Both the position numbers and the translations under genes were made by a program. 64,000 nucleotides of DNA from Eukaryota sp. TZLM1-RC (lineage: Eukaryota > Protista > Metamonada: BaSk clade). Below the pieces are notes generated by a model. That model saw only the letters and a list, made by a program, of their open reading frames with translations, had not been told where the DNA came from and searched no databases. This document shows positions 1 through 11,300 of this stretch, in pieces. The stretch is from NCBI GenBank assembly GCA_040285825.1, contig JAUPSS010000004.1, positions 620,001 to 684,000 on the forward strand, given 5' to 3'. How positions within the stretch are numbered: position 1 is the first letter of the stretch; every line of letters begins with the position of its first letter.

Positions 1-236
1 TGTATGGGATGGTCTTCCGGGATAGACTTGCCTTGTAGTTTGAGGTACGTGAAGGCGAGAGAATTCATAGTGTACAGGATATCTGCTTGGTACTGTATCC
101 ATTCAGAGGGTTGCATTGAAGCTTGAAGTTCGGATTTTGAGCAAGAAAGATATGGTTTGAGAATAGAATCTAGTTCTGAGACAGAGTCAGAAAACTGTTG
201 AAGAGCGTTATAATGTTTCTTTATCCGTTCAAGCAT
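1..236 (-). CDS. C1D/Rrp47 (Sas10/Utp3/C1D family) nuclear exosome cofactor-like; runs off the window start
   Basis: Not in the ORF track. Manual translation from ATG at 236: MLERIKKHYNALQQFSDSVSELDSILKPYLS...YQADILYTMNSLAFTYLKLQGKSIPEDHPI, which fits the C1D pattern Y-x-x-N-S-L-x-x-x-Y-L-K/R-x-Q-G...HPI. Confidence 0.7.
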   Translation of the reverse strand, partial: MLERIKKHYNALQQFSDSVSELDSILKPYLSCSKSELQASMQPSEWIQYQADILYTMNSLAFTYLKLQGKSIPEDHPI

Positions 237-304
237 GAGCTAATGACACAAGAAAGTAGTAGTATCTGTTGGAGATTATGATGTGTTAACTTGAGAATTC
301 TCTT

Positions 305-433
305 TAATGACCCATCCACTGAGAATTTCACACAAAGCGAATATCGAATAAATATCCCTAATAATTGTGTAAACTTCTCAGCACCAAGGGTTAGTATACA
401 CTAAACACCTTGGAAATACGTTGATTAAAACAG
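305..433 (-). ncRNA. Candidate Fanzor omegaRNA scaffold
   Basis: Directly 3' of the Fanzor stop codon. Hairpin CCAAGG..TAGT-gtat-ACTA..CCTTGG (384-413), then a long nested stem (318-382: CTGAGAA/TTCTCAG, TTTACACAA/TTGTGTGAA, GGATATT/GATATTC). This is the position expected for TnpB/Fanzor omegaRNA. Ends are approximate. Confidence 0.6.
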
Positions 434-2338
434 CTACTGCTGTCTTCTTAGACGTCTCACACGCCTTGGCCTTCTGAATGGTTCTGGCCTAGTACCAGTG
501 AAATACTCACTAATTGCAATCTCCAGCTGGTTTCTGGAGGCTGAGATGTCTCTAGACCAGTTGGTCTGACATCGAGGGCAATCGAACTTAGCGTTATTTA
601 CCCTTCCGTCATCATGATAGATCTTTCTATGAAAGACCTTACAGCAATTCACTTTTGCTGAGGTCATAAACTCGTCCCCGACTTTGATGCTTTCAAAGTG
701 TTTTTTGATTTGTTTGAGAAATCTCTTTCGGGGGGATTTCACAGATTGACGAGATGGACCACCACCGCCATTGCCGAACCAAACTATAGTGTTTCTTCCT
801 TCAGACAAGCGTTTAATTTTGTTAATAAAACTAGTTAGTCTCTTTTGTCTTCGTATGAAGAAATCAAACTTATTTCTTCTCAGCTTTTTTCTTGCACCAC
901 GCTGCAAATTTCCAGACATAATTGAAGCATATTCAGGCTCTTCCTCAGATTCAGGAACATAAGGTAAACTTATTTCAATCAGATACTCTTGGAAGCTCTG
1001 AGCGGAATAAGTGTTAGGAGTTGCTTGAGTCAGAGGAGGAGGGTGATTTAGTCTTCGTTCTTTTGGATTCAGTAGCAGTCCAGAACGTTCAAAAACAGTG
1101 CAAAATTTAAAATTTAGCAGAATTTCGGAAAGAACCAGCAGTCCAACCACAAAGATTGCTGTGGTTGGGATCAATGGCTACAAAAAACAAATTTTCATCA
1201 GGATCTCTGTAATTGGGCTGTTGTTCCACTGGTAACCGCGGTCTTCTCTGTGGATTTGCTGTTCTATGGACATTGGATTTTCGTTTCCTTTCAGAGTTAT
1301 GAAAATCATAATTTCCAGAGGCTCGCCTGGACTCAAATTCCGCTTTATTTGGACTATTATAAGTTTTTCTTTCCTTCTGGGTAAACGTAAACCGCAAGGA
1401 ATCACCATTCGAAAAAATGGTATAGTAAATAAATTTCGATTTATTAAAAAACCGATAAGGGTTGTTCAGAAGCTCTTTGTTTGCATTTAGTTTTGTGAAA
1501 TAAGCTTCTGCTTCTTTAGTCAAGCTGCAGAAGCATGGAGACCAACTGGACAGTGGAGAGAGAGAGTGCCTTTTCATCACATCAGGGCAGTTATCTTCTA
1601 AAAAAGATAAAATGTTCAAGCCAGATTGAACGATTGTTGCAGCAGACTCCATATTGATGGGAAACCGTTCGTTTCTTATTGAATTTTCGAACAAATTTTG
1701 ACCGCCACCAAAATTTAAATTCCGCCACCAATGTAGGCGTTGGCTGTCATATTGAGCAAATGGACCAAGATATGCTGGTGTATTTCTTGATACCATTGTA
1801 AAATTGACTCATCTGGCTGAATCCCTTGAAGTACACAGTCGGCGTATTTCTTGGGCCAGGGGCAATTAAGAAACTGAGCACAGCTTTTGAAAAAATTGCG
1901 TTTCCAGACGACAGGGCCGTCAGCAAGCAACTGACAAAAGGCTTCTCGCAGTTGGATGGCTCGACTGCCAAGAAGAGTGGAAAGACACCAAAATCTACCA
2001 CCGTCGGCTGAGGTGGTTTCATTCAGCGGTCGCCAGGGCCAAAAGTGCTGAACAAGGTGTTGTAGCGCTTGGTAAACTAAAGGATGGTTTTCAAATGGCC
2101 TCCTTTGTTTAGGCTCACTTTGGCAAACAAAGTCGAAACAGAGGCTCCAGAACTGGCTTTGAGTAAGCCACATAGAGTGTTCTGGGTATTGGAGCACAAA
2201 GAGTCGTGCTAGGTGAGTAGCATGAGCTCCAATACTAGCAAGAACTTGGAACTGGCGTTCCATTGCTTCTTGTGCCTCTGAGTCGAAGAACTGGTTGACA
2301 GACGCTCCCACAGTTGTAGTTTGTAGAACGTTATTCAT
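434..2338 (-). CDS. Fanzor1 (eukaryotic TnpB-like RNA-guided endonuclease), about 634 aa, split over three track ORFs by two compensating frameshifts
   Basis: RuvC-I FVAIDPN (end of ORF 1107-1796). IVWFGNG, RuvC-II VGDEFMTSAK, Zn ribbon CC...CPRC, RuvC-III WSRDISASRN and C-terminal RPEPF (ORF 434-1174). Fanzor1-like N-terminus in ORF 1715-2434, first ATG at 2338. The span of 1905 nt is a multiple of 3. Confidence 0.85.
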
Positions 2339-2737
2339 GGCAGTCAACACAGAACGGAAACAGTCAGAAATGATTGAAAATTTGTTTCCTAAAATTGAAA
2401 ATTTGTTGAAGTCAATCAATCTTATAGTTGTCAATTCAAAGTAAAGTTAGTTACAAGTGTTTATTAATGAGACATATCGTTCAAGATTACTTTCTGAATA
2501 TTTTCCTTTCTTCAGACAAGAACTACATGTTACAAAAGTTGGTGAGTGGAGTTTGGTTGGGTTGTCATCATTGCCCAGATTCGTAATTGAATTTCATTTC
2601 ATCACTTACAACATTTCATCACTTACTCTACTACGAACCTTCTCCTACGAATCCTTGCTTGCAGCTACTACCACTCTTTATGTCGGAAATTGAGAATCGC
2701 TTTTATTTTAAGTAAAGTTTTTTTTCTTTCTTCCTAT

Positions 2738-5350
2738 ATGGAATATACCCATCCACAAGACTGTGATAACTTCTCTCATGTTAGCCGTGTCCCTTCCTGT
2801 TCCCCATCAGAACGCCATGCTCAAGCTTGCTCAAACCCTGCTATTGATTTTCTACCTGATGCTCCTCATATACGTAAATCAGACATAAGCACAAGCCAAA
2901 ACACCTCTGCACGAACCCTCCCCGATGTGTCTCATGTACCCTATCCAACGACCAATGAAACTTCCTTCCATAATGAAGAATTACCTGCCGACTTGACACC
3001 AAATTTATATGGACAAGGTGGATGTCGTCCACAACATGCCTCCTCAAATTCTAGAATAGGTGACACCTCTGCAATGGCACACCTTCCCGATCGATCGGAC
3101 AAGATTGGTGTCAAGTTCATTTCCGTTGGTAACAACCATACACTTCTACTCACCCATTCTGGTGAGGTTTATGGGTGGGGACAAAATGGTCATGGTAAAG
3201 CTCTTCATAAAGGACCTAACGAAATCAAATCACCAGTCAGGTTACCATTAACTAATGTTGTAACCATTTCAGCAAGTAATGCTCGATTCCTTGCCTTCTG
3301 CTCTGATGGCAAGTTGTATCTTTGGCCTTCTTCTGATTATGTTCTTGGTGAAGTGAACATTTCAAAAGTAGAATCACCACGATTTTCTCTTTTAGCCAGT
3401 TCTTCTAATTTTAAGGAAGTTTATTGTAGCCAATATGTTTCATTTGGTTTGACCGAAGAAGGAAATGTTATCAAATTTGATAGTAATAATGCTTTTAAGC
3501 CAATCGAAGGATTTAGTAATATTGTTTTCCTTTGTGTTTGCTTTTATTCTGTGGTAGCAGTTGATGAAAATGGCGATTTCTTTTGGTACAACGAACGATG
3601 TGGAAATTACCACCCAGGTGGTTCTAGCGCTGATTCTGCTTCTAAAACCATTAAGATAGGAGTAACCAAGTATTTATCTCCAAAGACACCATTCCATGGT
3701 TCGTTCTTCTTTGATGGGGAATGTTTGTTTATAGTTGACATTAATGGTGAAGTCTGGCAATCCAACAAGGGGGATGATGATGTTCCTTTCAATACCAAAC
3801 CCACCAAAGTGCCAGGTTTAAGTAATATTGTATTTATTAGTGGTTATAATGACGTTTGTGCTGCCATTGACAAGAATGGTAAGGTTTTTGTTTGGGGTTG
3901 TGTGAGTAGAGTAAGTTATTTTTATGAAGATACTATTGTCCCTAGATGTGTTGAAGCTTTCACTAATATAGAAGGTGTTTCTGTTGGTGATGACTTCCTT
4001 TTTGCCTACAACAAAAACACTGTTTGGGCTTGGGGAAGGAATGATAAAGGTCAATTAGGTACAGGTGATTTGATTGATCGACCACAACCTGTCAAAGTAT
4101 TTGGTTCCGAAATACTTGGCGCTTTTCACTATTCAAAGCGGCCTTTGGATAGAATGTTTAGTGGTCTAATCAAGTCAATTTACTTTGAATATTTAAACTA
4201 TTTAAAAAACTTGTTTGGTGACCATCCTTATACAAAAGCCAGATTATATACCAAATGTTCAATTAGCAAGAAAGTGGCAAAATTTGCTAAAGAAGTGATT
4301 AATGGTTTTGAATTTTTAAAAAATCCTCAAGATTTAAATTTAAATGACGAAATTTGTGATTTACAATTGCGATTATCTACTGATTATAAAGGTCCTAAAG
4401 TAGTCAATACTAGAATTAAAAAACTTTTTGTTTACTACAATAAAGTTCCTCATGATCCACAATTATTAACATTTTTCCCAAATGTTGAGGTTGTTGAGCT
4501 TGTTAGAAAGTCGATTTCTGGAAGAACGACTCTAAACTTGACATATTTGTCAAATCTCCAATGTCTAGAGCTTAAAGGTGCATTTTATTTGGAACAATTA
4601 CCCACTTCACTAGTGAAGTTAGTACTGAATCATTATGACATTGGAGTTACTGATTTAAGCTATCTTACATCCCTACAAGAATTAATTTTGGTTTCTCCGT
4701 TTGAAATAAATCAAGGAACATTACCCACTTCACTAGTGAAGTTGATGCTGAAAGATCCTAGTATTCAGGTTACTGACTTAAGCTATCTTGAATCACTACA
4801 AGAATTAGTCATGGTATGTCCATTTGAAATAGCTCAAGGAACATTACCCACTTCACTAGTGAAGTTAGCACTCGAAGATGATTTCATTCAGGTTACTGAT
4901 TTAAGCTATCTTGAATCTTTAAAAGAGTTAGTGGTTACATGCAATTCTATTTCAAGCCAAATTCTCGAAGGACAAATACCTTTATCTCAATCCATTGTTA
5001 GATTGGAGAATTCGTTATTTCCATTTACGAAACCTCCTAATGTTGAAATACAATTACTAAACGTTAATGAATTGATAATTCGTCTACATGTTCCTACCAA
5101 TATCACTGAACAAAACTTTCCTTCTTTGAAATTTGTTCATTTGATTAATCCTGATGAAGACAGTCTATCAGATTCTACTCTATCTCCAACAAAACTTATT
5201 AGTCAAGGTTTAATTAAATCTGTTAAACTAATCAAAAATGAATGTTTAGTTGAATTAGCTTCTTTTCCTTGGTGTATTCAGTATTCTTACGACGAATCAC
5301 AATGTATTCGTAATATTCGAAAATTGTTTTTAAGGGATGGTAATAAATAG
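2738..5350 (+). CDS. RCC1-repeat beta-propeller plus C-terminal leucine-rich/FNIP-like repeat protein
   Basis: RCC1 motifs SVGNNHTLLLTHSGEVYGWGQN and VWAWGRNDKGQLGTGD; repeated LPTSLVKL..TDLSYLxSLxEL. First ATG at 2738 (track ORF starts at TTG 2690). Confidence 0.85.
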   Translation: MEYTHPQDCDNFSHVSRVPSCSPSERHAQACSNPAIDFLPDAPHIRKSDISTSQNTSARTLPDVSHVPYPTTNETSFHNEELPADLTPNLYGQGGCRPQHASSNSRIGDTSAMAHLPDRSDKIGVKFISVGNNHTLLLTHSGEVYGWGQNGHGKALHKGPNEIKSPVRLPLTNVVTISASNARFLAFCSDGKLYLWPSSDYVLGEVNISKVESPRFSLLASSSNFKEVYCSQYVSFGLTEEGNVIKFDSNNAFKPIEGFSNIVFLCVCFYSVVAVDENGDFFWYNERCGNYHPGGSSADSASKTIKIGVTKYLSPKTPFHGSFFFDGECLFIVDINGEVWQSNKGDDDVPFNTKPTKVPGLSNIVFISGYNDVCAAIDKNGKVFVWGCVSRVSYFYEDTIVPRCVEAFTNIEGVSVGDDFLFAYNKNTVWAWGRNDKGQLGTGDLIDRPQPVKVFGSEILGAFHYSKRPLDRMFSGLIKSIYFEYLNYLKNLFGDHPYTKARLYTKCSISKKVAKFAKEVINGFEFLKNPQDLNLNDEICDLQLRLSTDYKGPKVVNTRIKKLFVYYNKVPHDPQLLTFFPNVEVVELVRKSISGRTTLNLTYLSNLQCLELKGAFYLEQLPTSLVKLVLNHYDIGVTDLSYLTSLQELILVSPFEINQGTLPTSLVKLMLKDPSIQVTDLSYLESLQELVMVCPFEIAQGTLPTSLVKLALEDDFIQVTDLSYLESLKELVVTCNSISSQILEGQIPLSQSIVRLENSLFPFTKPPNVEIQLLNVNELIIRLHVPTNITEQNFPSLKFVHLINPDEDSLSDSTLSPTKLISQGLIKSVKLIKNECLVELASFPWCIQYSYDESQCIRNIRKLFLRDGNK
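4595..4935 (+). repeat. Intragenic tandem repeat, 123-bp (41 aa) period, about 2.7 copies
   Basis: CCCACTTCACTAGTGAAGTT recurs at 4601, 4724 and 4847. Confidence 0.85.
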
Positions 5351-5351
5351 T

Positions 5352-5990
5352 TTATTTATTTTCTACGAAGAATCAAAACAAAACAAAACAAACTAAAACA
5401 CATAAGAAACAAAATTCTCCACGCCAACTCTTAATGAATCCTTATGCAGCTTGGACATCATTAAACTCAAGTATTTAGGAACACTTCTATACAAAGCGAA
5501 AATGATACGATTCTTCCATAAATTCCCTGCAAAATTCTTACCATTTGAACGACATAAATTACCAAAATCATTGATAAAATTCAAGGCAGACTGTCCAATG
5601 TTGCCACAAATCGAATAGGCAAAAGAAACAAACGAAAACTTCGAGTAAAGATTCTTATTTAAATCATTTAATATCTCAGTATATTTATCTCTTTTACGAT
5701 CTTCAGCCTTGTTTAAATGACCATTAGCACTAAGGAAAACATCATCACGATAACTAAAAGCAAAGGGATCAACTGTAGTAAAATCAACAACAACTTGAGA
5801 GGAATCCACAAAAGGAGCAATTAAATCACCTCGACGTCAATTAAACAGATTATTATCGCTATAATGCTTCAACAACGGTTGTACTTTGCAACTAAAATTG
5901 TAACACTTGAACATCTCATATGTCACAACACGAACGGCATTATGAAGAACTGGCCGATATTGAAGGAATTTCTTACAACCAACAATATAG
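5352..5990 (-). mobile_element. 3' fragment of a CRE-like non-LTR retrotransposon (RLE domain), family B
   Basis: Endonuclease motifs HNAV..., RRGDLIAP, VVVDFT, AEDRKRDKY. Homologous to 33345-34375 and 51095-51520. Confidence 0.75.
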
Positions 5991-7213
5991 GGATGGTAAT
6001 ATATAGTTTTTGTTTATTTAGTTGTTTACTCCAGTGGATTATTAATAAATTTTGTTCATTTTCATGTGTAATTGAATATTTGTTTAACTGTTGGTTTCCA
6101 CTGCAGTGACCAAAGGAAAAGCTTTATTAAATTACAAATACTAAACTTAAACAATCGCCACGTCATCACACATGATTTGATGTTATCCAACATCTAACAT
6201 TACCGCTTCTTCACTTTCCATATTTGTTCAACTGAATTTTCTTAGATGTTGAAACACAACAAGAATGACCACATAGGTTATTGCTTCAAATTTTAAAATA
6301 CAGGATACTTCAAACTCGATTTCAAAACATCTTTCAATTTTGGAGCAATGTAGAGCGACAGATGAAAGCTCTGATAGACCTTTCAACAAATTTTTAGTGG
6401 AAATCACAGACAGGGAAATTGCTTCACAAAACAGAAATGTCAAATGTTGACTGGAAGTTGTTGGAACTTGGAAATTGGAGCAATTATAGTTCAACCAAAT
6501 GATTGAATCTGAAGCAGAAAAACAGTCAAACAACGGTAACTATCACCAGTCATCTTGAACTTACATAAATCAATTTTCTACCGACTCTTTTACGGATTGT
6601 GTTAAAGGGTGTCAGTAAATGAGGAATAAAACACAACAATGCAGGACAACATTGGATTGATAACTTTATTCAAGTGATTTATTAAAGCAAATATGGATTA
6701 TAGAATAATTACTTTGAGCGTTGAAGAAAATTTGGAAAATTGTTCGTCTATTTTGAATGTGGGATCATTAATGTTGTTTACATCATTCTCTGTGGACAGT
6801 CTTTGCTCATCAGGAATATGTGTATTCTAATTCAATACGATTTTTTTCAATCATGACAAAAATCGCCATCAATGTTACAGTATAAACATTTTGTTAATCA
6901 AATCATGAGTTATAAAAGTCGTCTCATTGAAAATAAATAACCAGCCATTGTTTTCCGCAATGACTATCACTGTTATTTACAATACACTGATCGTTCATTT
7001 ACATAATGATCAAGATTATCCAGGATTGTTAGTGTTTCACCTCAAAAAACACATCTCATTTTTGCTCAATTTGACCATCCTAACATCTGGAGAAATGATT
7101 CCATAGACAACGGTTGAAAAAGTGTAAATTTTGTGTATTGATTTGTGAAAGGATATCATTATTTTATTTTGTATTCAAGTTTCTCAGCTACACTTAGAAT
7201 AGTTTGGATAAAC

Positions 7214-8041
7214 TCATGATGTACCCTCAACAATTTCTCCTAATGTGCTTACAATATGATCCACAGAACAACGCTCACTGGAATTCCTCCTACAGCAATC
7301 ACTCAGTAAACATGTCAACTTGGAATATGTGTCAAAATTCAAATCATGAGCATCCAATTGATCAAAGTTTGGGAAATCAAATTCAACATCATTCATTTTC
7401 ATTTTGATAATTGAAAGAAGTTCAAGTCCATCAAAAACACTACGGTTGAATAAAACCTCGAAAAAAACTAAACCAAAGCTATAAACATCAGATTGTGGAC
7501 AAACTGTTGGAAATTCAGGAGGATTATAATGTTGCCTTAAAGGTTCCATAAACTTTTGGACAGTGAAATGACGGAGAACGTTGGGGACAAGAACATCTGT
7601 GAGTTTGGCGTGGTCATGGACTAGTAGAACGTTTGCCGGCTTTATCTGAGTGTGAGTAATGTTGTGGGTATGTAGGAATTGTAATCCTTCAGCAACCTCA
7701 AGGCAGTGTTTCAATTTAGTTGACAATGTCATGGTGGGACTCAATTGTTCTCCTTTTTCCATCACTATACCAAGACGATAATCAGACAACCAGACTACAC
7801 CAAGGACTGGTAGGACAGATTGATGTTGGGGTAAGCGTGATAAAGGTATGAGAGCAGATTGAAGCTCCAATCTATGTTCTTGATTGTTACATGTCACAGT
7901 TTTGATGGCTACTTGAGTGTCTTGCCATGAACCAAAATAGACAGAAGCAGATCCAGAACAACTGCTTAAACAGAAGTCCCAATCTATTTGAACATCTTCT
8001 GATGGTATCCGAAATGGACGTCTACCACTAAAAGGTGTCAT
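7214..8041 (-). CDS. TKL-type protein kinase domain, probable pseudokinase
   Basis: VAIK, LGIVME, IKPANVLL and SDVYSFG present. HRD is replaced by HTQ and DFG by DVL. Confidence 0.8.
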   Translation of the reverse strand: MTPFSGRRPFRIPSEDVQIDWDFCLSSCSGSASVYFGSWQDTQVAIKTVTCNNQEHRLELQSALIPLSRLPQHQSVLPVLGVVWLSDYRLGIVMEKGEQLSPTMTLSTKLKHCLEVAEGLQFLHTHNITHTQIKPANVLLVHDHAKLTDVLVPNVLRHFTVQKFMEPLRQHYNPPEFPTVCPQSDVYSFGLVFFEVLFNRSVFDGLELLSIIKMKMNDVEFDFPNFDQLDAHDLNFDTYSKLTCLLSDCCRRNSSERCSVDHIVSTLGEIVEGTS

Positions 8042-8071
8042 TTTTCATTAGTATATTTTTTTTATTCAGAA

Positions 8072-8123
8072 CAATGTTAGAATTCCGAACATATGCCGAA
8101 CTAGTTCAGTAATTCTAACATTG
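8072..8123. mobile_element. 52-bp micro-MITE, hAT-like
   Basis: Perfect 13-bp TIR CAATGTTAGAATT/AATTCTAACATTG, flanked by the 8-bp direct repeat ATTCAGAA (8064-8071 and 8124-8131). Confidence 0.8.
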
Positions 8124-8136
8124 ATTCAGAAGACTG

Positions 8137-8213
8137 TCTTGTTTCTAGCTCGTTGTTATCACTAGGAAAATTTTATGAAGAAAATGCTGTAGGTAAGTTT
8201 TCAACAGTAGATG
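8137..8213 (+). mobile_element. 3' tail of a CRE-like element interrupted by the LTR insertion (continues at 22865-22920)
   Basis: Removing 8214-22868 restores the frame LVSSSLLSLGKFYEENAVGKFSTVDVEFEEIEF*, homologous to ...KALLQLGLEYENRVLKRFDDVDACIEDIEF* ending at 27734. Confidence 0.7.
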
Positions 8214-8364
8214 TGATGGTCTATGGCTAGGGTTATCGTGTGACATAGCTTGTGTAAATGTAAAGTAATTTATTAGCGAGAGGAATTGTATTCTCTCTTC
8301 TTAAGCTAACAGGCGGAATACTAATAACTAAACTATTAACTATAAATACTATTCAAGACTAACA
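8214..8364 (-). repeat. 3' LTR (151 bp)
   Basis: Same sequence as 15466-15616 and 22714-22864. On the minus strand it is preceded by the polypurine tract AAAGAGAGGAAAAGGCAG. Confidence 0.95.
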
Positions 8365-11300
8365 CTGCCTTTTCCTCTCTTTCGAGCGACGAGCCCTGGA
8401 AGCTCTAGTCACAGGAGGTGAACTAATAGAATTATGACGCTTCTTGGGAGGAGCGGATTTAGTATGGCGACGTGCTTTTGAAGTCTTGATGAAGTCTTTA
8501 TACGCGGCAGTATTTTGGACTGTAGACACATGCTCAGTGGTGATCTCTTTACCTGGCCATTGCACTTGGCAAAAGTCACCTTCCTGGCTGAGCACTTTTT
8601 CAATGATGTGTTCTTCGACATCACCAGCAGCGACCCAGGAGTGGAACTCATCGTTGGTGGGCAAGCTGGAGTGCCAGGGAGCTAAGTGTTTGACGCTAGC
8701 TTGGACAATCGTACCTGTGCAGAGATTCTTAATATTCACAGACGAATTGGATACGATTTCAGTAATTAGGAAGGGTCCTAAATAGTCTCCATGAAGCTTA
8801 GCGGAAGAGCCAGATGCTCTCAATACCAATTGACCAACTTCAAAAGGGTTTGGAGTTGACGATCTAGCTAGCTTGGAAGCTTTGGAAGCTTGATGATGTG
8901 CTGCCTTTTCTTGTTTCTCTTTCAATCTTCGAAATTTAGATTGAATTTCTTGAATAAAAAGATGACTCAGACGTCGAGCTTTCAATGATTTCAAGAATTT
9001 TGCCAGGGTCAGATCTGGGAGACACATCAGAGCCAAAGATCACTTGGTATGGAGTGTGGTTGGTTATTGAGCTCTTGGAAGAGTTGATCAATAATTGCAC
9101 ATAAGGCAAGTATTCAGACCACACATCGTAGGCATTGAAGTCTACGAGCAATTTCCGTAGGTTTTGCAGGATGTCTCTGTGTCGGCGCTCTACCAGGCCG
9201 TTGGACTGAGAAAACCTAGGTATTGACTTTGACACCTCTATGCCCAAAAATTTGCTTAATTCGTCAAAGACAGCCTTGGAAAATTCGGGTCCATTATCGC
9301 TGTGGATTTGAAATGGAATACCAAAGATGGCACAGACTTTCCAAATTAATGCATCTGCAGTAAGATTGGCATTTATCTCTTTTAAAGGCACGATGATCGT
9401 GAACCTAGAGAAGCTGTCGATAAATACGAGGATGTATTTGTAGCCTTCTTGATCTTCTGGAAGAGGACCAATGACGTCGGCGTTGACGCGAGCAAAAGGT
9501 CTGTCAGCCCACAATGAACCGGTTGGGGGAACATGCAGTTTGGGAACTGGCTTTGTTTTCTGACAGGAGGGGCATTCTTGGACGTGCTTATTCATGTCGG
9601 TGAGCATGTTTGGCCACCAATAATCGCTGTTCCTGAGCTTGTTCAGGCTTTCAGCTTTGCTTGGATGACCTCCTTGCAGAAGTCCATGCAACAGGTTAAG
9701 GGTGTCCTTAATGAGTGATTTGGGAATCACTATCTTGTTGTCGTGAGTCATATATAAATCAAGATGATTGTTATGAACACAGTTGTTGAAAGAGGGGTCT
9801 TTGGAAGCTATGGCAAGCTTCTGTTCGGACCTAATCCTACAGAGCCATGGCTCGAAAATAGGCAGGTCGTTGGAACATCGTTCTCTGATGACCATGATAC
9901 GTTCGAAGTTGTTTAGGTCTTCGATGTAGTATCTTTCATTTTCTGTTCCATCAATTTTATCAATGTAAAATATTGGATGAAAATTTGGAGGCATTTGATG
10001 GGACAAATGATTGATCTCTTGATGGTCTATAGGTGGAACTATTCGAGACAACATATCAGCCCAGAAGTTATCTTCCCCTTTGGTATGTACCAAGTCAAAG
10101 CAGAATTCAGAGAATATGGGTAACCATCTTGTTACAATTCTGTTCTTCTCAGGAGCCGTGAACATGTAGGTAAGGTTTTGATGGTCTGTGAATATGACCA
10201 GTTTCCTTCCTTTTAAGTAGTTTTCAAAACCACTTTGAGTTAACATGAGTAGGATAGCGTAGAGTTCCTTTTTGGTTAGTCGGCCAGTTCTTTTGCGAGT
10301 TGGTTAACAACCGGCTGAAGAAGCTGATAGGCCTACATTTCCTATTGATCAGGGGGTACCGGGGTCGTCGACTTGTTCGATTTGTTCCCATATGACGCCG
10401 CCTACAGCAATGTCGGATGCATCGCAACTAATTAAAATTTGGTTTTCCTGCGGAGGTAAGCTGAGCGGCATGTGTTTCGCTATCAGTTGTTTGATCTTTC
10501 GAAGGAGTCCATCGTGCATGTCGGTCCATTGAAGGCGTTGCGCGCGGGGTTTGGGTTTAACGTTGGAGTTAGTTCCATCCTTCTTAGTCAATCTGATGAT
10601 AGGAGCGATGAGCTCAGATACCTGAGGAAGCCATTCTCTAATGAAGTTGACTGATCCTACGAGGCTGCGGACGTCTTTGATTGTCTTTGGTCTAGGTAGA
10701 TTCAGCAAAGATTCAACGCGAGTGGGATCGATAGTCCGTTGCTTGTTTTGGAAAACACTGCCCAGTATCTTGATTGGGTGTCTGGAAGACACAAAATGGC
10801 ACTTTGGAAGTCCCAAGGAAACTCTTTTGCATCTGGCTTGATCAAGGACGCGACGGAGGCGTTCAATGAATTCGTCAAAGGTTGAACCTATGATTATGAT
10901 GTCATCTATGTAAATGAAGACACCGTCTCCAGAGAAGATGTCAGCCATGACGTTTTGGAAAACGGCTGGGACATTCTTTAGGCCAAAAAGCTGCACGTTT
11001 GAACATGATACTTTTGCCAGGAATGCTCAGGGCTGTTTTCTGCCAATCCTTTCAGCAATCTTGAGTTGCCAGAAGGCTTTGGGGAGGTCAAGGGTGCCTA
11101 TGTAGTTCGCTTGGGAGAGAAATACCAGCACGTCGGAGATCCTTGGAAGGTTGGGCTCAACAGGAATGGTGTTGGCGTTGACTCCGTCCTTGCCACTATA
11201 ATCACCAGTAAGGCGGGGCTTGCGGTGATCTGGGTAGACCACTAGACAGACAGGGGAGCTGAACTCATGGTTCGATGGGACAGCAAATCCTGAGTCTACG

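Noticed and set aside
304-2470. Direct repeat TTAATGA at 304-310 and 2464-2470 as a TSD delimiting the Fanzor element
   Set aside because: A 7-bp AT-rich match is expected by chance and there are no adjacent TIRs. It cannot be used as a boundary without an empty-site comparison.
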